A stretch of DNA of 45,730 nt, from NCBI GenBank assembly GCA_002394185.1, contig DGTB01000085.1, positions 1-45,730 on the forward strand, written 5' to 3'. The DNA is from Bacteroidales bacterium UBA4347 (lineage in GTDB: Bacteria > Bacteroidota > Bacteroidia > Bacteroidales > P3). How positions within the stretch are numbered: position 1 is the first letter of the stretch; each line of letters begins with the position of its first letter. Made by a program: the position numbers and the translations under genes. The notes under the pieces were generated by a model that saw nothing but the letters and a program-made list of their open reading frames with translations, was not told where the DNA came from and ran no database searches. Shown here piece after piece: positions 37,362 through 45,517 of the stretch.

Positions 37362-39868
37362 AAGAAACCAACCCCTTGGGAGAAATTTTTTACAGCTACA
37401 CATACTACAGACCCAAGAAGAAACGTTATTCCTACATGACAGGCAACGACGTGACCTACGAATACGGCACCAGCGGCAACGACATCGGCCGCCCCGTCCG
37501 CATCACCGACGGCAGCGGCAGCTACGAATGCCACTATGACAAACTCGGCAATGTCACTGACGAGACACGCACCATCGCCCTGCCACAGCACGGCGAGGTG
37601 TACCAGTTCAGAATGCTTTACCAGTATGACAGCTGGGGTCGTATGCTCTCGATGACCTACCCCGACGGCGAGGAGATAACCTACACCTATCAGTGGGGCG
37701 GTGACCTCCTCTCCATGCACGGCAACAAAAACGGCAACGACCGCACCTACATCAGGGAGATACAATACAACTCTTTCGGACAGAAAGAAAACGTGAACTA
37801 TGGTAATGGCACCAGTGCTCACTATACTTACGACGCGCTGCATCGCCTCGTCAATCTCCAAAGCACTGATAGCCTAGGCAACTTAATGCAAAACATTGAC
37901 TATACTTTTGACAATGCAAGCAATGTTACGGGCATTGTCAACAATGCCGGTGTTGTGAACATGCTTGGAGGTGTATACGAAAATACCTATAAATACGATG
38001 CGCTGCACAGACTTGAAGAGTCGTATGGTGGAGGTGCCATAGGAAACTACAACACCTATCTTAATTATTCACCATCGGGCAGACTGATAGGGAAATTCCG
38101 CGACAACAACTCAGTCACACTGTCGGCCTCAGTCGATATGGCCTACGGCTACTGCAACGACTATCAGCCTCACGCCGTGAAGCGTATGTTCGACTACAAG
38201 AACGGAATGCTTTACGACATGCGCTGGGATGAAGCAGGCAACCTCGGTCAGGTGAGCATGGCCAGGCCGGGCGAAATGTTTGAGGCAGGACGTTTCCTCT
38301 TCTGGACCGAGGACAACCGTATGCACGCTGCCGTGGACGACAAACACTATAGCTACTATGCATACGATTACGGCGGGGAGCGCCGGTTGAAACTGGTGGG
38401 AGTCAACAGCTCAGTGGATGTCAATGCCGAATACATGACTGCTATCTCTACATTGAACGAGCCGACGCTCTATCCCTCTGCCTACATGGTGCTGACCAAC
38501 AAGGGCTACACCAAGCACTACTATGCCGGTACCGAGCGCGTGGCCGCACGTCTCGGCGGTGGCGGACTGGATGCCCTGTATCCTGTTATCGGTAACGAAG
38601 AAGAACTCCAGAAAAAAGCTGATATATTGTTTAAACAAAGCATCGAACAGGTGAACAGCCGTGTGCTTCATGAAAATGATCTCGACTGCATAATGAACAA
38701 TGAATTCACTAAGGAGGAGTTTGGCCACCCAATTGAAGGCATCCCCTACCAGATGAAGGCAGACGTTAAGTGTGACCACAGCCAGCTCAATGAAATGGTC
38801 AACTCAATGTTGACCGATTATCATAACGGAAAGGAGGATGAAGTGTACTTCTACCATTCCGACCACCTCGGCAGTGCCAGTTGGATAACTGACTTCGGCG
38901 GTGAGGCGGTACAGCATATCCAGTACCTGCCCTACGGCGAGCCGTATGTTAATCAGCATCCCGCCGGATACCAGGAACGTTTCACGTTCACCGGGAAAGA
39001 GAAGGACGAGGAAACCGGCTACGGCTATTTCGGTGCCAGGTACATGGACCACGAGCTGATGACCATGTGGCTCAGCGTCGACCCGATGGCCGACAAGTAC
39101 CCGAGTATTTCGCCGTATGCTTATTGTGCCTGGAACCCAGTGAAGCTGGTGGATCCGGATGGATGTGAAGTGGGAGACTATTATGATAGAAATGGGCGAT
39201 GGTTAGGTACGGACGGAAAAACTGACCACGTAGCATATGTTGCAAAATCAGTGACAAAAAATTCAAAAGGACTTGTAGTATCCGCTGATGGTGTACAAAA
39301 GTTGTCCATCACAAACGAAGAGCTACTTGACAGGGCAACATGGGTATGTGGGGAAAGTGGAGGAAGCGGGGAATACATTTCCGATAGAACTCAGAATGCT
39401 GGCGATGCAGCGTCCGTCGCAGATGCTCGTGTGGTGGATTATTATGCTTATGCAATTAATAATGCATCGACGACTGATGGCGGATTCTATAAAGCTGCTA
39501 AAAACAGGATGGGGAAAATAATAAATGGGGTTTATACCAAAACATATGATGGGTATTTCGAAGGACGGGGGTTGGGGGGCAACACAAATAGTAAGGCGTT
39601 CTCTAACGCCCGAAATTCCGATATGAGGGAAATCAATCAAAACTGCTGTTTTACCAACTCCATTTCTGCTGTTATCAAATCTGTGACAGATTCGAACGAC
39701 CCAACAGGTGGTTGTCGTGCGTGGCTCGGCGGTGACGATGCAAATACGTATGTAAGGAACGGCTCGGTGTCTGTCAAGCGAGAAGGTAGAATTACGACAA
39801 ATCAATTTAGCTTCAATTCCAATAACGGAAGAAGCCACCATAGTTTTTACATATTATCAGTAAAATGA
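37202..39868 (+). CDS. Rhs/YD-repeat protein with RHS core and a variable C-terminal toxin tail
   Basis: Many YD repeats (YDYDNLGRL, YTYDALHRL, YKYDALHRL). Core YFYHSDHLGSASWITD...LPYGEPY...FTGKEKDEETGYGYFGARYMD...DPMADKY...NPVKLVDPDG ends at 39163, followed by an AT-rich 234-aa tail. Confidence 0.9.
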   Translation: MGTLGTSGSGQSDGWTDDDSTTYDYDNLGRLVRRIHPDAGTTTFTYDPAGNLMKETNPLGEIFYSYTYYRPKKKRYSYMTGNDVTYEYGTSGNDIGRPVRITDGSGSYECHYDKLGNVTDETRTIALPQHGEVYQFRMLYQYDSWGRMLSMTYPDGEEITYTYQWGGDLLSMHGNKNGNDRTYIREIQYNSFGQKENVNYGNGTSAHYTYDALHRLVNLQSTDSLGNLMQNIDYTFDNASNVTGIVNNAGVVNMLGGVYENTYKYDALHRLEESYGGGAIGNYNTYLNYSPSGRLIGKFRDNNSVTLSASVDMAYGYCNDYQPHAVKRMFDYKNGMLYDMRWDEAGNLGQVSMARPGEMFEAGRFLFWTEDNRMHAAVDDKHYSYYAYDYGGERRLKLVGVNSSVDVNAEYMTAISTLNEPTLYPSAYMVLTNKGYTKHYYAGTERVAARLGGGGLDALYPVIGNEEELQKKADILFKQSIEQVNSRVLHENDLDCIMNNEFTKEEFGHPIEGIPYQMKADVKCDHSQLNEMVNSMLTDYHNGKEDEVYFYHSDHLGSASWITDFGGEAVQHIQYLPYGEPYVNQHPAGYQERFTFTGKEKDEETGYGYFGARYMDHELMTMWLSVDPMADKYPSISPYAYCAWNPVKLVDPDGCEVGDYYDRNGRWLGTDGKTDHVAYVAKSVTKNSKGLVVSADGVQKLSITNEELLDRATWVCGESGGSGEYISDRTQNAGDAASVADARVVDYYAYAINNASTTDGGFYKAAKNRMGKIINGVYTKTYDGYFEGRGLGGNTNSKAFSNARNSDMREINQNCCFTNSISAVIKSVTDSNDPTGGCRAWLGGDDANTYVRNGSVSVKREGRITTNQFSFNSNNGRSHHSFYILSVK
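38987..39163 (+). repeat. Rhs core-end homology block, copy A (177 nt)
   Basis: Encodes FTGKEKDEETGYGYFGARYMDHELMTMWLSVDPMADKYPSISPYAYCAWNPVKLVDPDG. Recurs at 40587 and 41965. Confidence 0.9.
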
Positions 39869-39881
39869 AATATCCCGCAAA

Positions 39882-40445
39882 ATGAAATACCTTGCAGTAT
39901 TACTAGTTCTTATGTTATTTACACAAGAATCTATTTCACAGACTCGTCTAAAAGATTTACCTTTCTCTAAAGAACTAAAAATTGTTCATGATGATAGTGT
40001 GAGTCGCACGATTTGTATTGATGACAAATCCAATACCTATTGGGTGGATTCCATTTATCCTTTGTTCTATGAATATGAATACCCTGAAAAGGGGGTAATT
40101 ACCCAGCGTAGTTTTTTGGTGTCTGGAACTAATAAATATCTGCTTGACTCTTTAATAATTAAAAACTATAATGACTATTGCCTTTCTTTGGATATAGCTA
40201 GGGTTAATATATTTAAACAAAAGGGGTCAGAATACTTGTTTATTGAGTGCTATAATATATTTCAATATGGAAGTGACTCCCAGCCTATATTTATATTATT
40301 AACAAAAGAAGGAAACAATTTTGCACATCCATCAGTCTATTTAATGGACATCTACTCTGAAAATGCATATGAGAATATCTATATTCTATATGAAAACGAC
40401 AAAATCGTAATGAAAGGAGAAGGTGTATCATTAATCTCGTTCTAA
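39882..40445 (+). CDS. Putative immunity protein for the resident Rhs tail (exported)
   Basis: 187 aa, AT-rich, signal peptide MKYLAVLLVLMLFTQESISQ, 14 nt downstream of the Rhs stop. Assigned by position. Confidence 0.6.
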   Translation: MKYLAVLLVLMLFTQESISQTRLKDLPFSKELKIVHDDSVSRTICIDDKSNTYWVDSIYPLFYEYEYPEKGVITQRSFLVSGTNKYLLDSLIIKNYNDYCLSLDIARVNIFKQKGSEYLFIECYNIFQYGSDSQPIFILLTKEGNNFAHPSVYLMDIYSENAYENIYILYENDKIVMKGEGVSLISF

Positions 40446-40565
40446 TAATGGCAACAACCAAAATGGCAAACAATTGTCTTTGCATAGGGTATTCTAACTA
40501 TCAGAATATTATAAACAATGCTCCATTCGGCACAAAAAACCAACACAAAAAACTGCACGCAAACC

Positions 40566-41369
40566 ATGCGGTTTCAACCTCCATCTTTCACCGGGAAAGA
40601 ACGCGACGAGGAAACGGGCTACGGCTACTTCGGAGCCCGCTATATGGACCATGAGCTGATGACGATGTGGCTCTCCGTCGACCCGATGGCCGACAAATAT
40701 CCCTCTATTAGTCCCTATGCCTATTGTGCATGGAATCCTGTCAAGCTGGTTGATCCGGATGGAAGAGATTGGGTTGTAATCTTTGACCATGAGAAAAAAA
40801 CGGTTACGGTCAATGCAAAATATGTAACCAAAGGTGATGAAGCATATGCGTCGGCGGAGAAAGCTATTAAGGCATGGAATAATTTATCGGGAAAATATAG
40901 CTTGATGGTTGGAGACGAAAAATATAGCGTTAATTTCAAGTTGTCTGTAATTGATAACTCAGAAGCAGTTCTCGGCGACCCAGAACTGAACGTCTACAAA
41001 TTAGTATCCGAACTAAGAAACAAAGACGGAGAGGTTGATGAAAATATTATGGGAGAAACAAACCGCAGAATAATAAACGTTCTTGAGTCAGAGAAAGACA
41101 ACTATGTAACTTCGTCACATGAAATAGGCCATAGTTTAGGTCTAGAGCATTTCATAAATGGGACGAAAGGTCTAATGGAAGAAGATGGTGGAAGATTAAG
41201 TTGCTGTCATGAAATAACCAAGTCCAATGTAGATAATATCTTGCATCTTGCTTTGCATCCTGAAGATCGCAATCCAAAAACCAAAAGTGGCGTAGGGTCA
41301 TATAAGGTAATTGGGAGCAGCAAAGTGGATATAAAAAATCGGTTTAATTTAAGATTACTCAAAAACTAA
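40566..41369 (+). CDS. Orphan Rhs C-terminal cassette with a metzincin-like zinc-protease tail
   Basis: Starts MRFQPPSFTGKERDEETG... with the core end to DPDG (40763). The tail contains HEIGHSLGLEH (HExxHxxGxxH). An earlier ATG at 40518 is possible. Confidence 0.75.
   Translation: MRFQPPSFTGKERDEETGYGYFGARYMDHELMTMWLSVDPMADKYPSISPYAYCAWNPVKLVDPDGRDWVVIFDHEKKTVTVNAKYVTKGDEAYASAEKAIKAWNNLSGKYSLMVGDEKYSVNFKLSVIDNSEAVLGDPELNVYKLVSELRNKDGEVDENIMGETNRRIINVLESEKDNYVTSSHEIGHSLGLEHFINGTKGLMEEDGGRLSCCHEITKSNVDNILHLALHPEDRNPKTKSGVGSYKVIGSSKVDIKNRFNLRLLKN
40587..40763 (+). repeat. Rhs core-end homology block, copy B
   Basis: By hand count, 30 mismatches in 177 nt versus copy A, nearly all synonymous (one K-to-R change). 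Confidence 0.9.
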
Positions 41370-41375
41370 AAAGTC

Positions 41376-41855
41376 ATGAAAACACATCTATGGTTAGTAA
41401 TTTTGCTAGTTTTTTTCTCATCCTGTGGGGTTAGCAAAACTTCCTCTAACATTGTTGATTATGATCGTCTTTTGTTTTCAAATGGAGAATACTCAACAGT
41501 TTTGGGTACATACATTTTGCATGACACAATTACTACTGACACAATGGAAAACGAACATTGTATACTTCTTGGTAATATTTTTGCAAGAAATCCATTACAG
41601 GAAATATATGGTGCGGAAAAATCCGAGAAATTCAGTCTATTTGATAATTGTTTAGAGTGGCCACACTTATTCATTCCTTCCCTAAACTTAGACATACAAA
41701 TGGTAGATGGTTCTTATCGTGTGGATATTCCTAGCGGATTATATGATGTTATTATTTTTGCCAGAGATTATGATCCAATTCACATTAGATGGAACTTTAT
41801 CAGTCACCATATTTATTCGATTGACTTTTATTTGGGCTGCACAGTCATTCACTGA
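41376..41855 (+). CDS. Putative immunity lipoprotein for the metzincin-like tail
   Basis: 159 aa, lipobox VFFSSC, 6 nt after the orphan stop. Confidence 0.6.
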   Translation: MKTHLWLVILLVFFSSCGVSKTSSNIVDYDRLLFSNGEYSTVLGTYILHDTITTDTMENEHCILLGNIFARNPLQEIYGAEKSEKFSLFDNCLEWPHLFIPSLNLDIQMVDGSYRVDIPSGLYDVIIFARDYDPIHIRWNFISHHIYSIDFYLGCTVIH

Positions 41856-41943
41856 TTATAACCTCTCCTAACAGAGAATACAAAGTTCACAAATAGTTGA
41901 ACACAGGAACTCATAAAATAGAATGGGTAAATCGATTAAAACC

Positions 41944-42204
41944 ATGCGTTTTCATCCCTTCGTTTTCACCGGCAAAGAGAAGGATGAGGAAACGGGCTAC
42001 GGCTACTTCGGAGCCCGCTATATGGACCACGAGCTGACGACCATGTGGTTGAGCGTTGACCCGATGGCAGACAAGTACCCATCTATTAGTCCCTATGCGT
42101 ATTGTGCGTGGAATCCTGTGAAGTTGGTTGACCCGGATGGACGTAAAATACATTTATATAATGATCTAACTGTAGAAAAAGTAAAAAAATACATGAGAGA
42201 ATAG
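41944..42204 (+). pseudogene. Vestigial orphan Rhs cassette (core end plus a 20-aa tail)
   Basis: MRFHPFVFTGKEKDEETG...DPDG, then only RKIHLYNDLTVEKVKKYMRE and a stop. Multiple stops follow in all frames. Confidence 0.7.
41965..42141 (+). repeat. Rhs core-end homology block, copy C
   Basis: By hand count, 23 mismatches in 177 nt versus copy B, with one M-to-T change. Confidence 0.9.
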
Positions 42205-42299
42205 AAACCTGCTAGGCAATGTGACTAGAGAAAGTGCGGGTATAGAAAAAGTGAAATATCAAAATATTGCTCAACGAATATTAAATAGAACAGAAAGAA

Positions 42300-42783
42300 A
42301 TGGAAACGACCACCAATATTAAAGCGCTTTTGATAATCTGCATGCTATTTGCAAGTGGATATGGTCATGGGCAAAACAGCGTTTCATTCGAATAATTGGG
42401 ATTTTGTATTTAAAAAAGGAGACTCGTATTGTTATAAAATGATAGACTATACAAAGAACTCTGACTCCAACGTTGATTCAATTAGAGTTTTATATTATTT
42501 TGATGGAGACAGTGTTGTGAGAGTAGACAATTATCAGTCTCGCACAACTTATTTGTACCACAATACAGCGAACTCCCAGTATGGTAATAATTGTACGATA
42601 ATTGAATGGAAAGATGGAGAATGTAATTATAAATTTAGTCTAGGGCATGAGAGAATAGAAAAGAGAATGATCTTTGCATTTATCGGAATGCATCCTACTG
42701 ACAATATGAAAGTTGAAGATGACTACAACAATTGCATTAAATCTTGTGTACAACACAAGGAGATGATAATATTCCATCAATAG
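42300..42783 (+). pseudogene. Frameshifted putative immunity gene of the vestigial cassette
   Basis: The ATG at 42300 encodes a signal peptide (METTTNIKALLIICMLFASGYGHGQ) that hits TAA at 42393. The body (…NNWDFVFKKGDSYCY… to 42783) is open in another frame from 42349. Confidence 0.55.
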
Positions 42784-42970
42784 ACAAAGAAAAAAGAGAC
42801 AAAAAAACGCATTAAACTGGGGCGGAGAACTGGCACCAGTCACAACGGAAAAGAATAGATAAAACAAGGCTATTCCGTTATTGTTTAAAAATACAAAGGC
42901 GAACAGCGACTGACGAAACCAAAAATCGCAATACACTGCAATTTTATTTTGCCATTATCAAAAAAAAATG

Positions 42971-42978
42971 TATTTTTG
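42971..42978 (+). promoter_or_regulatory. -7 box TAttTTTG for the hipBST-like operon
   Basis: TATTTTTG lies 28 nt upstream of the ATG at 43006. Confidence 0.5.
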
Positions 42979-43005
42979 CATCGAAAATCGCAACATGTTG
43001 AGACT

Positions 43006-43227
43006 ATGGATCTGAAAGAAATTGGACAGGCTATCAAGTCACGACGGGCATCGCTCGGTGTGAACCAACGCACGGTGGCGGAACTCTCTGGAGTCGCCGT
43101 AAACACACTTGTCGCCATCGAACGTGGCGAAGGTAACCCACAAATAACCACCCTGATGGATATTCTCAACACCATCGGTCTCCAGGTTGAGGTGAAACCC
43201 AAAATAATGGAGTATGAGACAATGTAA
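43006..43227 (+). CDS. hipB: XRE-family HTH protein, HipB-like
   Basis: MDLKEIGQAIKSRRASLGVNQRTVAELSGVAVNTLVAIERGEGNP is a classic Cro/C1 HTH. Overlaps the next gene by 14 nt. Confidence 0.8.
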   Translation: MDLKEIGQAIKSRRASLGVNQRTVAELSGVAVNTLVAIERGEGNPQITTLMDILNTIGLQVEVKPKIMEYETM

Positions 43228-43525
43228 GGTGTATGTGAATGACTTGGAAGCCGGTTTGTTGACAGAAGAAGACAGCGGACGGTATAATTTCTCCTATTCA
43301 GTCGGTTATACCGGTAAAGCCGTCTGTCTGTCCATGCCAGTGAGGAACGAGGCATACACCTCGGACCATCTGTTTCCATTTTTTTTCAACATGCTCTCAG
43401 AGGGCGCGAACCGCAAGATACAGTCGCAGCTGTTACATATCGACGAAAATGACGACTTCGGCATCCTGCTGGCCACCGCTCAAACAGACACCATCGGAAC
43501 GGTAACAATCAAACCAGTGCAATGA
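43214..43525 (+). CDS. hipS: HipA N-terminal subdomain as a stand-alone protein, HipS-like
   Basis: 103 aa. VYVNDLEAGLL...LSMPV...FPFFFNMLSEG...DTIGTVTIKP parallels the HipA N-terminal domain (VG.L...LSLSLP...FF.NLLP...D.VGA.T). Confidence 0.75.
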   Translation: MRQCKVYVNDLEAGLLTEEDSGRYNFSYSVGYTGKAVCLSMPVRNEAYTSDHLFPFFFNMLSEGANRKIQSQLLHIDENDDFGILLATAQTDTIGTVTIKPVQ

Positions 43526-44529
43526 TGGAAGAATTGAGATTTTGCCCTTCGACACTGAAAGAAGGTTTTAATACATATTCTCCCGAGGCCTGCCGCAGTC
43601 TGTTCGGCGGGAAGCAAGTGTCGCATATACTGAATTTTGACAGCCCTAACAACGCCAATGCCGACTCGACCGACTATGCAACCCATATTGGACGCATCTC
43701 GCTTTCCGGTGTTCAGCCCAAGGGGGCGCTTGTGTTGCGAAACAGAGTGCTGTCGAAACCAGAAAAAGGAGAACGGGGACGGTATATTTTGAAACCTGCA
43801 CCGGTATCCTATGCATTGCTGGAGCGCAAGTATTGTCCCGCCAACGAACACCTTACCATGCAGATGGCTTCACAAGCCTACGGCATAGAGACCGCCCGCA
43901 ATGCGCTCTGCTTTTTTCGCGATGGAGAGGCCGCGTATCTCACCAAACGGTTTGATGTGGCTCCCGATGGAACAAAATATCCGCAGGAAGACTTCGCTTC
44001 TTTGGCCGGATTGACCAGGGCCAATGGAGGAAGTGACTACAAATACAACATATTGAGCTACGAAGATTGTGCCGATATCATTCGTCGCTATGTTCGTGCT
44101 GCACAGGTGGACCTGCTGCGATTCTTCCGGGTGGTGCTGTTCAACTACATCACACTGAATGATGATGCCCACCTGAAAAACTTCTCCCTCATCGACCGTG
44201 GAGATGGAGACTACCGTCTCGCTCCAGCCTACGACCTCATCAATACAAGCCTGCATCTGCACCGACCTCACATCTTCGCGTTGGAAAAGGGCCTTTTCAA
44301 AGAAGGGATGCGCATGTCCGACACCCATACCGTGGACAGGGGCGACTTCGAAGAATTCGGACATAGAATCGGTTTGCCCAACCGGACCATCAACCGTGAA
44401 CTCGACACTTTCGCAAAGGAATCTCCTCTCGCCTTGAAGTTGATAGCGCATTCATTCTTGTCGGAGAAACTGAAGAAAGACTACCGGTTGTCGTATCAGT
44501 ATCGATGCTTCACATTATCATCCCATTAA
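43522..44529 (+). CDS. hipT: HipA-family Ser/Thr kinase lacking the N-terminal subdomain, HipT-like toxin
   Basis: 335 aa with Gly-rich loop ISLSGVQPK, catalytic NDDAHLKNFSL and APAYDLINT. ATGA overlap with the hipS-like gene. Confidence 0.8.
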   Translation: MMEELRFCPSTLKEGFNTYSPEACRSLFGGKQVSHILNFDSPNNANADSTDYATHIGRISLSGVQPKGALVLRNRVLSKPEKGERGRYILKPAPVSYALLERKYCPANEHLTMQMASQAYGIETARNALCFFRDGEAAYLTKRFDVAPDGTKYPQEDFASLAGLTRANGGSDYKYNILSYEDCADIIRRYVRAAQVDLLRFFRVVLFNYITLNDDAHLKNFSLIDRGDGDYRLAPAYDLINTSLHLHRPHIFALEKGLFKEGMRMSDTHTVDRGDFEEFGHRIGLPNRTINRELDTFAKESPLALKLIAHSFLSEKLKKDYRLSYQYRCFTLSSH

Positions 44530-44924
44530 CATAATAACATTAACGAGAATCTACCTACCACAATGAAGAAATAATGGAACAGCTGGCGTACTTAAATTGG
44601 CCAATGACAATAAACTTGAAGAATTGTTTATATGATGACACATATGAAATGGACCCTAAATACTTACTGACGTGACAAAACGGGAAATATGGGTTCACAG
44701 ATTTCAGAGTAAAACGATTTTTTCATGGAATGAAGACTATAAGATTATTTATTGCGTTTTTTGTCCAACAAATGAAGATGTAGAAGAGGTTTATTTTATT
44801 CCTCAGTTTGAGTCTGTGATATAAAATTTGAAACAGTGGGAGATGGCAGGGCGTTCGTCGGGATGAAAAACGCCGATTTTACGTTTATTAGGAAAACAGG
44901 GGCGGCATTACAGGCAGAAGCCGG

Positions 44925-45509
44925 TCAGCCTGCATTCACCACGGCGGCGATGGCGGTGACGATAAGGATCAGGGCCGAAGCCACCATCCAGCGGCGGGGG
45001 CGTAGCTTGACATGCTGGCGGCCGTACATGATGCCGAGATAGGAGAGCAGGAATACCGCCACCAGCATGGGCCACAGGGCGCCGTGCAGATGAGCGGCCA
45101 ACGAAGCCACGAAACCGGCTCCCAGGCCCAGCAAAAAGCCGTTGATGCCCGCGGCCACGGTGAAGAGCAGCACCCGCAGCGTGCCGGCATTGAGGTCGAA
45201 GGAGGCGGGCTTGGTCTTGCGGCCCATATAAGGCCACAGCATCTTGGCGGCCACGAAGAGGGACATTCCCAGGAAGATAAAGGCATTGGGGCGTGCAAAA
45301 GCCTCGGGGTCGCCGGGCAACTCGAAACGGAGCATATTGCCCAGCGAGATGCCCACACAGAACAGGGCCGCCTGGACAACGGCCATAGTGAGCGAGATGA
45401 GGAGTCCCGACGACAGCGGCACAGGGGCGGCGTCGGCACAACGTTGCATCAGCAGCATGAAGCTGATTCCAAAGGCAATGGCGATTACGATGAAGGATAC
45501 TATGGACAT
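44925..45509 (-). CDS. mntP: Manganese efflux pump MntP family
   Basis: 194 aa, six hydrophobic segments and two-fold internal symmetry typical of MntP/DUF204. Confidence 0.75.
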   Translation of the reverse strand: MSIVSFIVIAIAFGISFMLLMQRCADAAPVPLSSGLLISLTMAVVQAALFCVGISLGNMLRFELPGDPEAFARPNAFIFLGMSLFVAAKMLWPYMGRKTKPASFDLNAGTLRVLLFTVAAGINGFLLGLGAGFVASLAAHLHGALWPMLVAVFLLSYLGIMYGRQHVKLRPRRWMVASALILIVTAIAAVVNAG

Positions 45510-45517
45510 TTTTGGAA

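Noticed and set aside
36705-44529. T6SS-linked Rhs effector
   Set aside because: There is no VgrG, PAAR, Hcp, TssB/C or adaptor gene anywhere in the window, so a T6SS link cannot be claimed from this sequence. It remains possible if the apparatus is encoded elsewhere.
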